A DNA stretch of 64,000 nucleotides from Emiliania huxleyi CCMP1516 (taxonomy: Eukaryota). Every line of letters begins with the position of its first letter. Position 1 is the stretch's first letter. The stretch lies in NCBI RefSeq assembly GCF_000372725.1, contig NW_005201298.1, positions 311,393-375,392 of the forward strand, in the 5' to 3' direction. The notes under the pieces are model-generated. The model was not told the origin of the DNA. It saw only the letters and a list, made by a program, of their open reading frames with translations, and searched no databases. The position numbers and the translations under genes are program-made. Below, one piece after another: positions 23,015-35,193 of the stretch.

Positions 23015-25549
23015 ATGCAAGCCGCGCCCGGGCCGGCGGGCGGGCGGCGGGTCGTCCTCGTCCCCAATGGCGAGTATGACCCTCGCATCGCGATGCGGAT
23101 GGTCTACGGAGCGCCATACAAAGAGGTCGTGCGAGCAATCGGCAGCAAGCTAGCCTTGATTTCAGGAAGCCAGGCGAGTATCGATGACGCACAACTCGAG
23201 CGCGCGCGATTCTATCTGAAGGACGGCTCGATGGTCACCGACTTTGACGTCCTAGAAAAGGACGACCTGCTCTTTGTCGCCTTTGCCGGCCAACCGTTCA
23301 TTCCGAGGGGACCCCCAGCCCCGCCGCGGCACCGGCCTCCGACGCACGTGCTGCCCCCTCCGGGTGTGGCGCCGCCGAACCGGAGGTTCGTCAAGGACCG
23401 GAAGGAGCAGGTGGAGCGGCAGAAGTATCAGGAGGAGGAGGCGCTCGCCGGGAACCGGATCATTGAGGGCGCTGCACTCGACCTGAAGGGGGGGGCGGCG
23501 GGGGCGGCGGGGCCCGGGTATGGGGTGGCCGGGGCGGGCCCCGCGGTCGGGATCATGTCGCGGGGCGGCGTGGGCGGGCTGGCGACGGACGGTCCTGCGA
23601 GTCGCGCCTTTGGGTCGAGCGGCGGCGCGGACAAGTCGCTGGTCGAGCGCGCAAAGGGGTGCATGTGCATCAAGGACAGCAGCAAGGAGTCGCGAGGCCT
23701 CTCCTCCGACGGAAAGGACGACCAGGGCAAGGTGAGCGAGGGGCCGATGCTGTGGAAGTCGGCCGCGCTGGCGGTGCTCGTCATCATGGCGTGCGCCGCT
23801 GCGTGGATGCTTCTCGACGCCGCCGTCGCCGCCGTGACGACTCGCTTCACCGCGCCGAGCTGCGAGCAGCTCGGCTCGCCCGCCGGCTGCAAGCCGCTGC
23901 CGCGCGGCTGCCACCCGCCGCCGCCGTGGATGCTTCCGCTCCTCGAGAGCGCGGCGGAGGAGGCTCTCGAGCGGATGCCGACGCCGCCCTTCCCGCCCGC
24001 CGCCGCCGACACCACCCTCCCGCTCGATGAGCGCTCGTGGCACGACGAGCTGCTCTGGGCGCACTCGGGCGAGCGGCTCTCGCTGCGCCGCGCGGCAGTG
24101 CAGTCCCTCTCCTACCAGGAGAGCCCCCTCGCAAACTCGTCGGGCCCCTTGATCGAGCTGGGCGCGTGCTGGGCCGCCTCCGCCTCGCGCGCACAGCTCG
24201 TCCCGGACGGACTCGTGTTCCGCTTCTACGGCATCAGCGCCCTCCTCGCCGCCGAGTACGCCGTCCTCCCCTCCACCGGCCACGACGAGCTCGGCGAGTT
24301 CGCCTTCGGACGGCGCCGAGCGCTGGCGGCGCGGCCGGCCGGCGGCGGTGCTGCGGCGGCCGGCAGCGCGGCCGGCGGCGGCGGTGCTGCGGCGGCCAGC
24401 GGCGCGGCCGGCAGCGGCGCTGTGGCAGGCAGGCGGCGGCCTCTGTGGCTGAGCAGAGGCGGCGGGTCGTCGGAGAGCGGTTTGCTGTCTCGGTGGGCGC
24501 AGCCGCGCGGCGCGGAGCTTCCTGCGGAGGGCGGGGAGGGCGGCGGTCCTTGCACCACACCGTCTTGCTGGGCGGAGTGGGGGGCGATCGAGCTCGAGGC
24601 GTCGGGCGGCCTCTACCTCGACCACATCCCGCTCGTCGACCGCGGCCGCGCCGGTGTCAACGTCAGCGGCTGCTCGGGCGCCTTTGAGGCGGCGGCGGCC
24701 AACGCGACCCGGGCGGGCGGCGGGGGGGAGGAGTACGGCGGCAGAGTGGAGGCGTCTGCGGCACGGAGCAGCCTCGCTTCGTCGGTCGCGCCGCTGCTCT
24801 GCGACTGGATCAGCGCGACGAACATGAGCGGCGACCCGCTGCGAGACGCGGCGACGAGCGCCTTTCTCGCCGCCAACCCGGCGGAGGCGTGGGCGGACGA
24901 GGCGGGGCACGGACGCATCGGCGCCGGGGGTGCGGAGGCGGGCGGGGCGTCCGCCCGCCGCCAGCTGGCTGCGGGCGGCGGGGCGGGGAGGGGCGTGGAG
25001 GGGGCGGGGCGGGGTGTTGAGGGGGCGGGGAGGGGCGGGGAGGGGGCGGGGCGGTCGCTGGCGTACGAGGCCGAGTACGACCAGGTGCAGCGCGTTGTCG
25101 CGGGCAGCAACGACCGCGCGATCGACAACTTGGGGCTCGGTGCCTCTTCCGGCGGCGCCTACCTCGCCGGCGCGGGCGCGAGCGGGCCGTGGCGCGGGAT
25201 GAGGCGCGAGATGGACGCCTCGCTCGATGCGGTGATGCCGCTGCTGCTCGCAAAGGCAGACTATATCACGCGAGTCCTGTGCGTGCTCGTCGGCTTCGTC
25301 GCCTTCTTGACCGCCGGCGTCGTCCTGACGTTTTGCCGCTGCGGCGCCGCAGACAACTACCAGGTTGGCGCCGGGAGCTGCTGCTGCCTGAAGATCGAAG
25401 GGTATGAGTCGGCGAGCGGCGGCGCGTGCTGTTGCGTCGCGATCCGCGAGGTGCCGAAGCCGCGCCGCAAGGACGACGGCAAGGACTGCTTCTCGGTCAT
25501 CCACCACTGCATACACGTCTGCGACTGCTGCGACAAGTGCTGCGACTAG
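23015..25549 (+). CDS. 844-aa intronless membrane protein: KHA/DCX-like N-terminal domain, two TM helices, Cys-rich C-terminus
   Basis: Long clean ORF; RFYLKDGSMVTDFDVLEKDDLLFV; two hydrophobic helices; ends CIHVCDCCDKCCD. Confidence 0.75.
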   Translation: MQAAPGPAGGRRVVLVPNGEYDPRIAMRMVYGAPYKEVVRAIGSKLALISGSQASIDDAQLERARFYLKDGSMVTDFDVLEKDDLLFVAFAGQPFIPRGPPAPPRHRPPTHVLPPPGVAPPNRRFVKDRKEQVERQKYQEEEALAGNRIIEGAALDLKGGAAGAAGPGYGVAGAGPAVGIMSRGGVGGLATDGPASRAFGSSGGADKSLVERAKGCMCIKDSSKESRGLSSDGKDDQGKVSEGPMLWKSAALAVLVIMACAAAWMLLDAAVAAVTTRFTAPSCEQLGSPAGCKPLPRGCHPPPPWMLPLLESAAEEALERMPTPPFPPAAADTTLPLDERSWHDELLWAHSGERLSLRRAAVQSLSYQESPLANSSGPLIELGACWAASASRAQLVPDGLVFRFYGISALLAAEYAVLPSTGHDELGEFAFGRRRALAARPAGGGAAAAGSAAGGGGAAAASGAAGSGAVAGRRRPLWLSRGGGSSESGLLSRWAQPRGAELPAEGGEGGGPCTTPSCWAEWGAIELEASGGLYLDHIPLVDRGRAGVNVSGCSGAFEAAAANATRAGGGGEEYGGRVEASAARSSLASSVAPLLCDWISATNMSGDPLRDAATSAFLAANPAEAWADEAGHGRIGAGGAEAGGASARRQLAAGGGAGRGVEGAGRGVEGAGRGGEGAGRSLAYEAEYDQVQRVVAGSNDRAIDNLGLGASSGGAYLAGAGASGPWRGMRREMDASLDAVMPLLLAKADYITRVLCVLVGFVAFLTAGVVLTFCRCGAADNYQVGAGSCCCLKIEGYESASGGACCCVAIREVPKPRRKDDGKDCFSVIHHCIHVCDCCDKCCD

Positions 25550-25907
25550 CCCCCCCCCCCCCCTCCCGCCCGCCCCGGCCGGCGCGGGTCCCCTTGAGTG
25601 CGACGTCTGGAAGGGACATGCCATGCGAGCGGAGCGCAGGGCGGCGCGGGGGCGGCGGCGGCGGCGGGGCGCGGCGGGGCTGCGTGGCTCCGCCGCCCCG
25701 CCGACCGGACACTTGCGATACGACGCGGTCCCGGGTATTCTGCTTAAAATCCGGGGCAGAGCGCGCTTGCCGTGTCAGTGCACAGTGGACGATCCTTTTT
25801 CTTCTCTGCCGCAGAGGCTCTGGTTGTCCTGAGTGTGTGTTTTTGACGAAATTATTTGAGTGCGTCAGCGCAGCCCGCCCCGCCGCCCCGTGCGCCGTGG
25901 GGCGTGG

Positions 25908-25983
25908 CAGGTAAGGTAAGGTAAGGTAAACTTCTCCACACACACGAGGTGGTGGGGCAAGGGGGGGCAACCCTCGCGTGGCC
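25908..25983 (-). mobile_element. Family C retroelement 3' end, (TTACC)n tail, interrupted at 25983
   Basis: Reverse complement of 43514-43587. Confidence 0.85.
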
Positions 25984-26775
25984 CTCTGGGCCGGCGCGGG
26001 GGCCCCCGGCCCACACCGTGCGCCGCGCAGCAGTACGGAAACGGGGCTCCGGCTCTATGAGTCTCTATGAGCACCGACTTCCCGATTAAGCTAGGTTAAT
26101 CAGAGGGCAGATTTGGAGAGATCTCGAGGAGTACATACAGATAGACCCTCCAACCATCAGAAAACTCCGACCTGATCGGTCGTACTGACCGCCGACAGAT
26201 CACTCCAGGCAGCAGACAGGCCGACGTCTGCACGCGGCCGGCCGGGCGAGAGGCTTGACACGATCCGACCCTGCGACCCTGACGCTGCTGCTCTAGCTAT
26301 CAGCCATGCACTGCTGACTGCTGCCACAATGTGCGACCTGTGCTGGCCCACTTGGCGGCCTTCCCGGTCAGTGGTGAGGCGCAGTTCAGAGCTGTCGATG
26401 GCGCGATGCCGCACTGGTCCCACATTGGTGACACGAGACCACCAAGTTTGCCGGTCCAAGAGAGAGGCACCGGCGCTGTCCTGAGAAGGTGCGTGGTCCC
26501 TCTTGACTGCCCATGCGCGCGAGGCTGTGTAGGCATAGCCTCGAGAGTGCCAGCAGCCCATCCGAGGTGACGCGCATTGCGCCAGAAGCGTGCACGCAGC
26601 TGGAAGGACACCTTCCTACTGGCCGTACGATCAGGTCGTCACTGAATGCTTAATACTAAGGCCGCGAGCTATGCAGGTGATCAATTGTGCATCATGGCAC
26701 GGTCAGCTGCGCCGACAGGCTGTCGCAAGGCGTGCCGTGATAGCATGGCCGCAAGTACGCCGAATTCCCATGAAA

Positions 26776-29027
26776 GTCAGTCAGTCAGTCTTACACACCT
26801 CCAAGCATGGAGGACGGGCCCACACGCACACACACGCTGGCCTGCACACGATTGGCTCGGGAGCCGACACGAGGCACGCTGTCACCGGCCGTAGCACTGG
26901 GTCCGGACTGCTGGACACACAGCACACAGCTCACAGAACAGCTCACGAGGTGGCGCTGTATAGTGGGGTTAATGGTTGGGTAGTAGGGCTAGAGGGTCGC
27001 TCTACACTTAGCCTCTGCAGCGAGCGAGCGCTCAACTTAGCCCCCACACGGAGCCGGGCTCGGACTTAGACGCTGTATGGTCGGGGGCCATGAACTTAGA
27101 CGACATAAGGCCAACTCCGGGCAAAACCCGGGTATACCTGAAAAGCCTCCAGGTTTACCCGAAATACCTGGACGCGTCCCACCAACGTATGCCGCGTATG
27201 CCGCGCACGACGCCATATCGCCTTCTCCCAGGGCCAGTGCGCTACTTGCGGCGCGCAACGCCTGCTCAAGTACCCCCCCACCATGTGCTGCCGCTATGCG
27301 TGCCTTAAGGCGGCTGCGGCGAAGCGGCGGGCGCGGCATGCCGATGGCAGTGCGGACGATGCGGTTGCGATGTGTTCTGCTTCAAGATCGTGGCGGTGCT
27401 TGGCATGCACTTCTGCGATCCCAATCAGCTCATCGCAACGAAGCAGCGCAACAAGCTGGCTGCTGCCAACAAGGCCCTATGCTACCTCACGCGCGGATCG
27501 TTCAAAGAGGACCAGCACACACAGGCTTCACCGTCACGCGTTTGATTAAGCTTGAGGAGCTTCGTGTCATGTGAGAACTGTTTGGCTAGACGTCGCTCAA
27601 GAATGAAGGAGCAGCAACGAAAATCGGAAGAGGAGGATGCTGAGGCGGCGATTGCTAAGCATGAAGAGGATCCATCGCCCTCCGCAGGCGAAGAAAATTT
27701 GGGGGCTGCGCCGTATCGTTGATCACGGTGGGAGCCTCCTGGCCCCAGGCCGTGCCACGGCCGACTTAGCCGATGTAAGAGGCTCCCGCTGATCTTAGAC
27801 CGCGCAAGCACTCCAGCGTGGCTAGCCACACTTAGACCCGTCCAGCCTCGAGGCTCAGAACTTAGACTACTACCCAACCAGTGTGGGGTTCTCAGGGACC
27901 GACACAGGAGAAGAAGGTGGGGCACAGGGACAGGACACAGGACTCACGAACTGATATCCCAACCCGCGCCGGGGGCGGTGGCGCGCGCGAGCGCCGGGGT
28001 GTTTTGGACCCGCAGTCTGGCAGGCGCCAGGCCACAGATCCGCCGGCAGAGCCTTCAAGCCGCATCCGCGATCCGCGCCGGCTCTCAGAAGAGATCCGGC
28101 GCGATGCTGACCGCGTCCTCGCAGCGGACCACCGAGTTCACGATGATGTCCGAGGAGAAGCGGTGCAGCTGCGGCACGATGCGGTAGTCGCACAATGCCG
28201 CATTGCGGTTTGCGGCACTCCTGCTGCAACGCGCGCGCGGCGGTGAGGAGAGCGCGAGCCCTTGAGCTGCTGGAGTCAGTCCATCGCCCGCGCATGCGCG
28301 CTGGCCTTGAGGTGGTTCCACCAACAACTGGCCCAGGGGTTGTGACCCTGCGCAAAGCGCAGGAATTTGCCGAGCGCGCCCTTGGTCCTAGGGCCCCGCT
28401 CGGGGAGTTGAAGGCGGCCGCCGTGGTGCGCGTAAGGGTTCCGGAGAACCTCTTGGCACCACGCGAGTGGCGGCCGCCAGCCCGCCACTCCGACGCGCCG
28501 CCGGTGGCGCCGCGCAGAGCGCGCAGCACCACCAGAGGTGCGCCCAAAAGCCACGCAGCTGCACCGCTTCTCCTCGGACATCATCGTGAACTCGGTGGTC
28601 CGCTGCGAGGACGCGGTCAGCACCGCGCCGGATCTCTTCTGAGAGCCGGCGCGGATCGCGGATGCGGCTTGAAGGCTCTGCCGGCGGATCTGTGGCCTGG
28701 CGCCTGCCAGACTGCGGGTCCAAACACCCCGGCGCTCGCGCGCGCCACCGCCCCCGGCGCGGGTTGGGATATCAGTTCGTGAGTCCTGTGTCCTGTCCCT
28801 GTGCCCCACCTTCTTCTCCTGTGTCGGTCCCTGAGAACCCCACTATACAGCGCCACCTCGTGAGCTGTTCTGTGAGCTGTGTGCTGTGTGTCCAGCAGTC
28901 CGGACCCAGTGCTACGGCCGGTGACAGCGTGCCTCGTGTCGGCTCCCGAGCCAATCGTGTGCAGCGTGTGTGTGCGTGTGGGCCCGTCCTCCATGCTTGG
29001 AGGTGTGTAAGACTGACTGACTGACTG
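26776..29027. mobile_element. Inverted (head-to-head) pair of retroelement-like 3' ends with (GACT)n tails, inside one 12-bp TSD
   Basis: Left arm 26776-26970 plus 27891-28173 versus right arm 28554-29027; TSD ATTCCCATGAAA at 26764-26775 and 29028-29039. Confidence 0.8.
26971..27882. mobile_element. Non-autonomous TIR element with 8-bp TSD
   Basis: TIR core TGGTTGGGTAGTAG; TSD GTGGGGTT at 26963-26970 and 27883-27890; empty site visible in the opposite arm; CTTAG subterminal repeats. Confidence 0.88.
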
Positions 29028-29446
29028 ATTCCCATGAAAACAAGTAAAAAATCGCGAAAAAAGAAAAAAAACTCCAAAAAATCGGCGCCTGCGGCGGGCC
29101 ATGGGACCCCATCTCCCCCCCGCATGGACACCCTCTGGGCCCCCCGCGCCGGCCCAGAGGCGTGGCCCCCCGCCGTGCAGAGACGAGAGAGCCACTTGTG
29201 AGTGCGACTTTTACCTTGAGCTAGTGGTTTCTTGCTCTTGTTCGTGTTATTCGCGCACACATAACAAACAAGCTGGAGAGAGCGCTGGGCAAAACCCCCG
29301 CAAAAAGAAGCTCTCGTTGATCACACGTGCGCACAGCGCAGTCCCGCACAGATCAGTCCTTCAGTCGCCACTCACAGTCACACGAATCATGAATACCGTA
29401 GTCGAGACAGAGTGCTGCTCCCACGTAGAGGCCGCTCGGCGGCCAG

Positions 29447-30521
29447 TCACTCGTCACGCAGCCCCTTGAACGGGCTCGCCGAGCCTGTCCGGAGCGTCTT
29501 TCGCGCTATCTCGTCGGCGGGGTCGATCCGCTTGAACTCGTTGAATGAAACCTCCTCGCCGGGCGGGACATAAAACCTGAAGCAAGCGCGCCGAGGCGGG
29601 TGGGGGGTGGGTCCGCCCACCCCCGCCGGGCGGCACGGCGGGACCGGCACCGGTTGCGGATGCGGCGGGCCTCCGAGCCAACCTAGGGGGGGGAGGCTCC
29701 GAGGAGGCTCTGAGGAGGCTCGGAGAAGGCTCTCTAAGTCTGTCTCTGCGGGCCTCCAGCCGTGTGGAGGGGGCAGGGGGCGGGAGACGTGTGCGCGAGG
29801 TGTCTGGGAGGCGTCTGGGAGGCGTCTGAGGCAGCTCTTGTGCCGACCATGTACATCGTCGTGAGCAGAAAGACCGAGGCGCACATTGCAATGCTCTCCT
29901 GGAGAGGGGCCGAGGGCGCGAACATGACACCCCCGCCTGCTGCCGCCCATCCGGTGTGTGGGGATCTCGCGAGTGTTCGCCCTCGCCGCGCGCGCGCTCT
30001 CGCGCTCTCGCTCCGGCGGAAGCCCCCCCCCCCCCCCCCCCCCGCGCCGGGAGACTTGCCCTAGCCATGTCCTAGCCTTCCCCGGCCGTGGCGCGCGCCT
30101 CCATCAGCACCCAAGCGGCGGCAAACATGCAGCCGAGGGTGGAGAGCACACCGAGCGCGAAGCAGGTGAAGATGAAGGTTCGCTCGTCGTTCATCGAGTC
30201 GACTGCGTAGTCCATCGAGCCGTCGAGCCCGCGCAGCGCCTTGCCCGATCCCCAGACCGTCACAAACATCACCATTGCGACACAGATGAAGTTGACGCAG
30301 ACGGAGGCGGTGATGAAGAAGTGGAGCACGCCCTTGGCAAAGGCGCGCTCCGGCGGCAGGTCAATCTCCACAAAGGAGGTGAGCGTGAAGCCCGCCATGA
30401 TCGCCGACTGCGAGCCGACGGCCGAAAAGTTCGAGTTGAACAGCTTGAGCTCCCGCTCCCGCAGGTTGATGGCGCGCTGCTTGACCTCGCTCTGCAGCAG
30501 CAGCTTGTCCGCCGCAAGCAT
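29447..30521 (-). CDS. Four-TM Orai-like membrane protein, three exons
   Basis: TM1 SAIMAGFTLTSFVEID resembles Orai SALLSGFAMVAMVEVQ; four hydrophobic helices. Confidence 0.65.
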
Positions 30522-30618
30522 GAGCAGCAGCTTCCGGTGGTACCGGCCACAGCAGCGGGCGCTCGGTGTGCGGCACAGCAAGCAGCAGAAGATTTTTCTG
30601 TTCTGATCTCTCGAGGTG

Positions 30619-30753
30619 TCTTTTGAGCCTGTTTGTGTCTGTGTGTCGCTCGTGCGTGTCGTCATCATCTGTCTAGCGTCCACCCATACCGCGTTGGTGT
30701 CCAGTCCGAGCCTGGCTGTTCTTCACCTTTCTACCTACCTACCTACCTCGTAC
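30619..30753 (+). mobile_element. Family B retroelement 3' end with (TACC)n tail and 9-bp TSD
   Basis: TSD CTCGAGGTG at 30610-30618 and 30754-30762. Confidence 0.85.
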
Positions 30754-30761
30754 CTCGAGGT

Positions 30762-30799
<38 letters not shown>

Positions 30800-32249
30800 T
30801 TATCCGTTAGTGCGGACGTCGCCGCGGCTCGCCTCTGCCGCGGCGGCTGCTGCGCGCACGCGGCGGCGCCGCTCTCTCGCGAGACGGCTGGCGACGCGGC
30901 TCGCCGCCGACGTACGGTGCGCTCGTCCGACGGTCCGCAGCGTGGCGTGCGCGGCGCTGAGCGCCGCTCTGCGAGCGCCTCTGCGCCTGCACTGCCTGTC
31001 TCTGTTGCTGTTGGTGGTGGTGGTGCTGCTGCTGCTGGTGCCGATGCTGCTGCTGGCGCGGCGCGGCTGTGCGACTGGGCTCGACGCGCGCGTCGCGAGC
31101 GTCTGACGCGGCGGGCGGCGTCGGGCAGGTGCGCTTCTCTCTCGGGTGGTGGTGGTGGTGCTGCTGCTGCTGCTGGTGGTGCAGATGCTGCTGCTGGTGC
31201 GGCGCGGCTCTCCGACGCGACTCGATGCGCGCGTCGCGGCTATCTGACGCGGCGGGCGGCGTCGCGGGCGGCAGCGGTGGCGGCTCGCGGGTGGAGGTGG
31301 AGGCTGGTGGCTGTGGTGGACTTTGAGTTTATTTCATGGTCGTGTGCGGGGACCGGGGGGTCAACCGGGAGGCAGGGGGTTCAACCAGGCGACGGAGGAC
31401 CGTGGGCCATCGCGGGGACTGCTGCGTACGGAGGACGCGGCAGGCAGATCCGGATGGTCTCACCCGGTGGGAGGCACCGAGGCGTCTTGGACGCTCAGCT
31501 CTACCTTAAGCTCCTGAGGGGCGCGTGGTTGTAACCACGTAGTATGACTACAACCCACCACAGACACCCTCCCCCACTCCTCACGTGTGTTCACACCCTC
31601 ACCCTCTCCTCTCTCCTCTCTCTCTCTCTCTCTCTCCTCTCTCTCCTCTTGTCTGTGCTGTCTGCCTGACTCAGGCACTCAATCTGCCGATGCGTGATTG
31701 TGTGTGGGCTGCTCCGAGGGGGCCCTCTGTGCGATCCGACGGGTAGGGGGGCTGTGCCCGGGCGGTGTCCGGTGTGGAGTCCCCTTCTGATCCCGCCTGT
31801 GGTGTTGGGTGTGAGGTCGTGGAAGCTTCGATCCCAAGGGGGGGAGCCGAGCCCACTCATAACCAACTCTCAGGGGCAGTAGGTGGGCGAGCTTCAGGCA
31901 CGCTCATCTCGATCGTCAAGACGTTGCTACGCGCGGTCTTCCGCGGGGGGAGCTGCGTCGACGGGTGCGGGACCGCGGCGCAGCCAGTGCCGTGGCGATG
32001 CCTCCGGCTGTTTGCGGCGGGCGGCTTGCTGCTCGCTGCGATGGCGAAAAACTCGTCTCGCCACACGCCAAGGGCTTATGCTCTGGCGAGACGTGAGGCG
32101 CATGCGCCCAGGAGGGGAGGGGGCATGTGTAACGACACTGCTAGAGATGCCTTTCGGGGCCCAGAGATAAAACTTCTGTGATGCCATGCGTGACCTAGTA
32201 GTGTCCCCAGCTATGGGCGTGTCCACGTTGGAGCCAGGTGTGGTGTGGG

Positions 32250-32376
32250 CGCGAGAATAGCTCCGCCGTTCATGGAGGCAACCGATGCGAGTCGACTGGT
32301 GTGTGTCGTCGTGGTTTCGTATCAAGAATTCTCTCTCTCTCTCTCTCTCGAGGTGGATATCCTTTGGCCGCGTTGG
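32250..32376 (+). repeat. Dispersed ~100-bp repeat ending AAGAATT(CT)n; second copy at 62236-62343
   Basis: Apparently identical sequence; its GAGGTGGATATCCTTTGGCCGCGTTG continuation is also at 5805-5830. Confidence 0.9.
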
Positions 32377-33949
32377 GTAGCGAGGATCTTTTCTGATCAG
32401 GTCACAATGCAGCGTGCGAGCAGCGTGCGAGCTCCGCCACGGGTGCCGAGGCCGACGCGAGGTAATGGGCCCCTGGGCCTGGCACTCACACGGCGCGACG
32501 GCGGTTCGCAAAGGGCGAGATGGTGGCGCACGAGCCCCGCCGCTTAGCGGCCACCGAGTAGTCACGGAATGCGCGAGCTGCCTTCTCCCGCACCATGGCC
32601 GCGGTGTTTCGCATGGTTATTTTCTGATTGGTCGTCTGTCTCGTACGTACTCTCTCGTCTCGTACGGAACAAGGCTCGCTTGACCGTCCCCAAGTTTTCG
32701 TTGCAGTTCACAGCCTTGTTATTGAGAAGAAAATACCTCCTATGGCGCTGTGCGTTCACAGTAATCATGTTCACGCGGTCGCCAAGACTCGGTCCCCAGA
32801 GCCTCGGATTTATAGTATTACTGCTCGACGGACACTACTAAACCCGACTACTGAACCAATCGGACGTCGACAAGCCATTGGAAGACACTTGACAGCCGCC
32901 GGCGACGATGGAGTGTGCAATGTGCAGGCGTCATGCTGGGCAATGTTGCGTGTGGCGCACACCTTGCATGCATGGCGCATGCTGCCATGCATGTTGCCGG
33001 CACCTGGAGCATGTCCGCGGCACGCCAGCCGTGAGTGCACTGCGAGCAATCGCGAGAACACGCGCAGGAGCCTCGGACGCGGTCCTATCACTGCTCGCGA
33101 GATATTCCGTTCGGCGTAGCTCAACAGCTATGTCACCGTGTGTGGTGGTAGGTATATTGTTGGCAAATCACACGGTAGCATTGGCGACGGAGCCCCTTAG
33201 AAAGGAGCGCCGTTCACAGCGCCGAAGTTGTGAAAACACCCGCCGGCCAATCGCACACAGGAGGGGCGCATCGCACCTATGCGATGGTCGCTGTGCAGTG
33301 TGACTGAAGCCACTACAGGTCCTGGCTTTGGTTTCACAACGCGTTTGTCCTCGCTATGGTACGGCGCTCACCAGATGCGACAGGAGGGCTAAAATCCGGA
33401 ATATAGACTGCCAAGAGGGTGCTCTAGGCCGCGAAGACACCACACACGGTCTCCCTACTCATGAGCGGCTAGCAGGAGGGTGCCAAAAATGAGGCGCGTT
33501 GTGAAACCGCAGCTGGCCCCGCCGACGGGTAGCACAGGTCATGAGTGAGGCCACGCCAGCTGCCTCGGGTGCTCTGTGTGGTCGGCCTGGACCTTGCCGC
33601 AAGCCTCGAGCAGCGGAGAAGCACTGTCCTTGAAGTCCAGACATGCTTCGCCGCCGTGGCGCAGCGCCGCAGTGCGAGCGAGCACTGCAGTGCAGTGATC
33701 GCTTGGACTGCGGCACCCATCGACTCCCTGCGCTCCGGGCACATTGGCACATGTGCCGGCGGCCTTGTGGATGGCTCGGACACGATCTGCACGACGGCGC
33801 GGCGTCGCGAGGCGGCCGTGTTGTGAAAACGAAGCTGTTGCGAAACCGAAGCCAGGACCTGTAAAGCCGTAGCCTGCTTCGAGGGTGTCAGCGTCACGGC
33901 TTGCGAATTGCCGCTGGTGGCCTCCGAGCGTATGCTCACTGCCGCGACG

Positions 33950-34830
33950 TCCACGGCGAGGTCGTCGTCGTCGCCGTCGGGGCTGCTGCTGCTCGGCTTG
34001 ATGCGCGCGATGGCCTCCTCGGGCGGAGTGCTGATGGGCGGAGAGCTGATCGCCGTCTGGACCGCGCTGACCCACTCGTCCGCGTCCGCGCTCGAGTCGA
34101 CGCCAAACAAAAAGTCCTTGGCCGCCACGTGGACGACGAACTGGTGCGAGGGGCCTTTGGAATCGGCGCCCGCGCTCGGCACGCGCTCGACCGTCGCCGA
34201 CGGGTCCAGCGGCATCATCCAGCTTGTTGGTCGTATCGGCCTCGTCGGTGCCGTCAAAGTAGCAGAGGGCCTGCGGGTTGAGCACGAGGAGCTTGCGCTT
34301 CCAGCGCACCGTCGAGAAAAGCCCGCGGCCGGATCCGCGCTTGCTCACGACGCCCTTCCGGGCCACGCTGCCCGCGGCGATCATCTCGGGGGCCGTGATG
34401 CCGCCACCGCCACCGTCGCCACCGCCGCTGCCCGCCGCGCCGTCCTCGCCCTGCGCCGCGGCGAACGCCGCGGCTTGCGCGGCGGCGGCCGCCTTGGTAT
34501 CGAAGGCGCGCCCCTCGCCGCGCGCACAGAGGCTCGCCACGTCGATGCCCTCCTCCTTGGCGCGCCAGTCCGTGTCGAGGTCGAACTCGAAGGTGCCGCC
34601 CCACCGCGGCAGCATGTTCTCGGGTGTGATGTGCGCCGATAGGTGCGAGAAGGAGGGCTTGAGGACCATCGCCTCGTACGTCTCGCGCCGCATGAAGGGC
34701 TTCACCAGCCGGAAGGCCCACGTCACGAAGAGCGGCAGGCCGCAAAAGTGCGTCGACGAGAAGAGTAGGTCGTTCCTGCCTCTGATGCCACTCTCGCGGC
34801 TTGCAGCGCGTCACTCACGCATGCTCTCCA
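33950..34830 (-). pseudogene. 5'-truncated, frameshifted CRAL-TRIO plus PH domain gene fragment
   Basis: WAFRLVKPFM..LPRWGGT (CRAL-TRIO end); KGVVSKRG..WKRKLLVL; frameshift near 34220; DEWVSAV. Confidence 0.7.
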
Positions 34831-35193
34831 AGAGCTATGGCGGGCGCGTGTCGCGTGTGTGGGGCTGTAGCCTGTGTTTGGCAGGTCCGCGACCCGTTCA
34901 CTATCTCAGAACCATGCCTCTGGGCCACACATCGCACACGGGGAGCAGCTCAGGGGCCCAGTAAGCCGCGGAATCTCGCCAAATGTCACAACCCACCTCA
35001 CCCAGGGCTGGACCTAGCGTGTCCGAGTTTCCCCAGGGCCCCGGACGCGGACCCCGCGCAACTGCGCTCTCTGCCGTGCGGCGCGCGGCGCACGGTGCCT
35101 CCGGGGGCCCCCGCGGGCCGCCTCCCCCCAGAGCTTTGTGCGCGACAGGGGCTTGGCCTGTGGCGGTACACCGCCCTATATTCATATTTATCA

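Larger units (their letters stand above)
25984..29159. mobile_element. Non-autonomous DNA transposon with 8-bp TSD (hAT-like), host to two nested insertions
   Basis: TIR CTCTGGGCCGGCGCGGGGG(G)CCC; TSD GCGTGGCC at 25976-25983 and 29160-29167. Confidence 0.8.

Noticed and set aside
23252..25624. 790-aa minus-strand ORF
   Set aside because: Antisense shadow of the GC-rich plus-strand gene; no motifs
30810..31320. Hydrophobic or Gln/His-rich small protein
   Set aside because: Duplicated GCT/GGT low-complexity tract with no supportable gene model
32560..33450. Lower-GC island as a foreign gene or transposase
   Set aside because: No recognisable motif in any frame and no termini found
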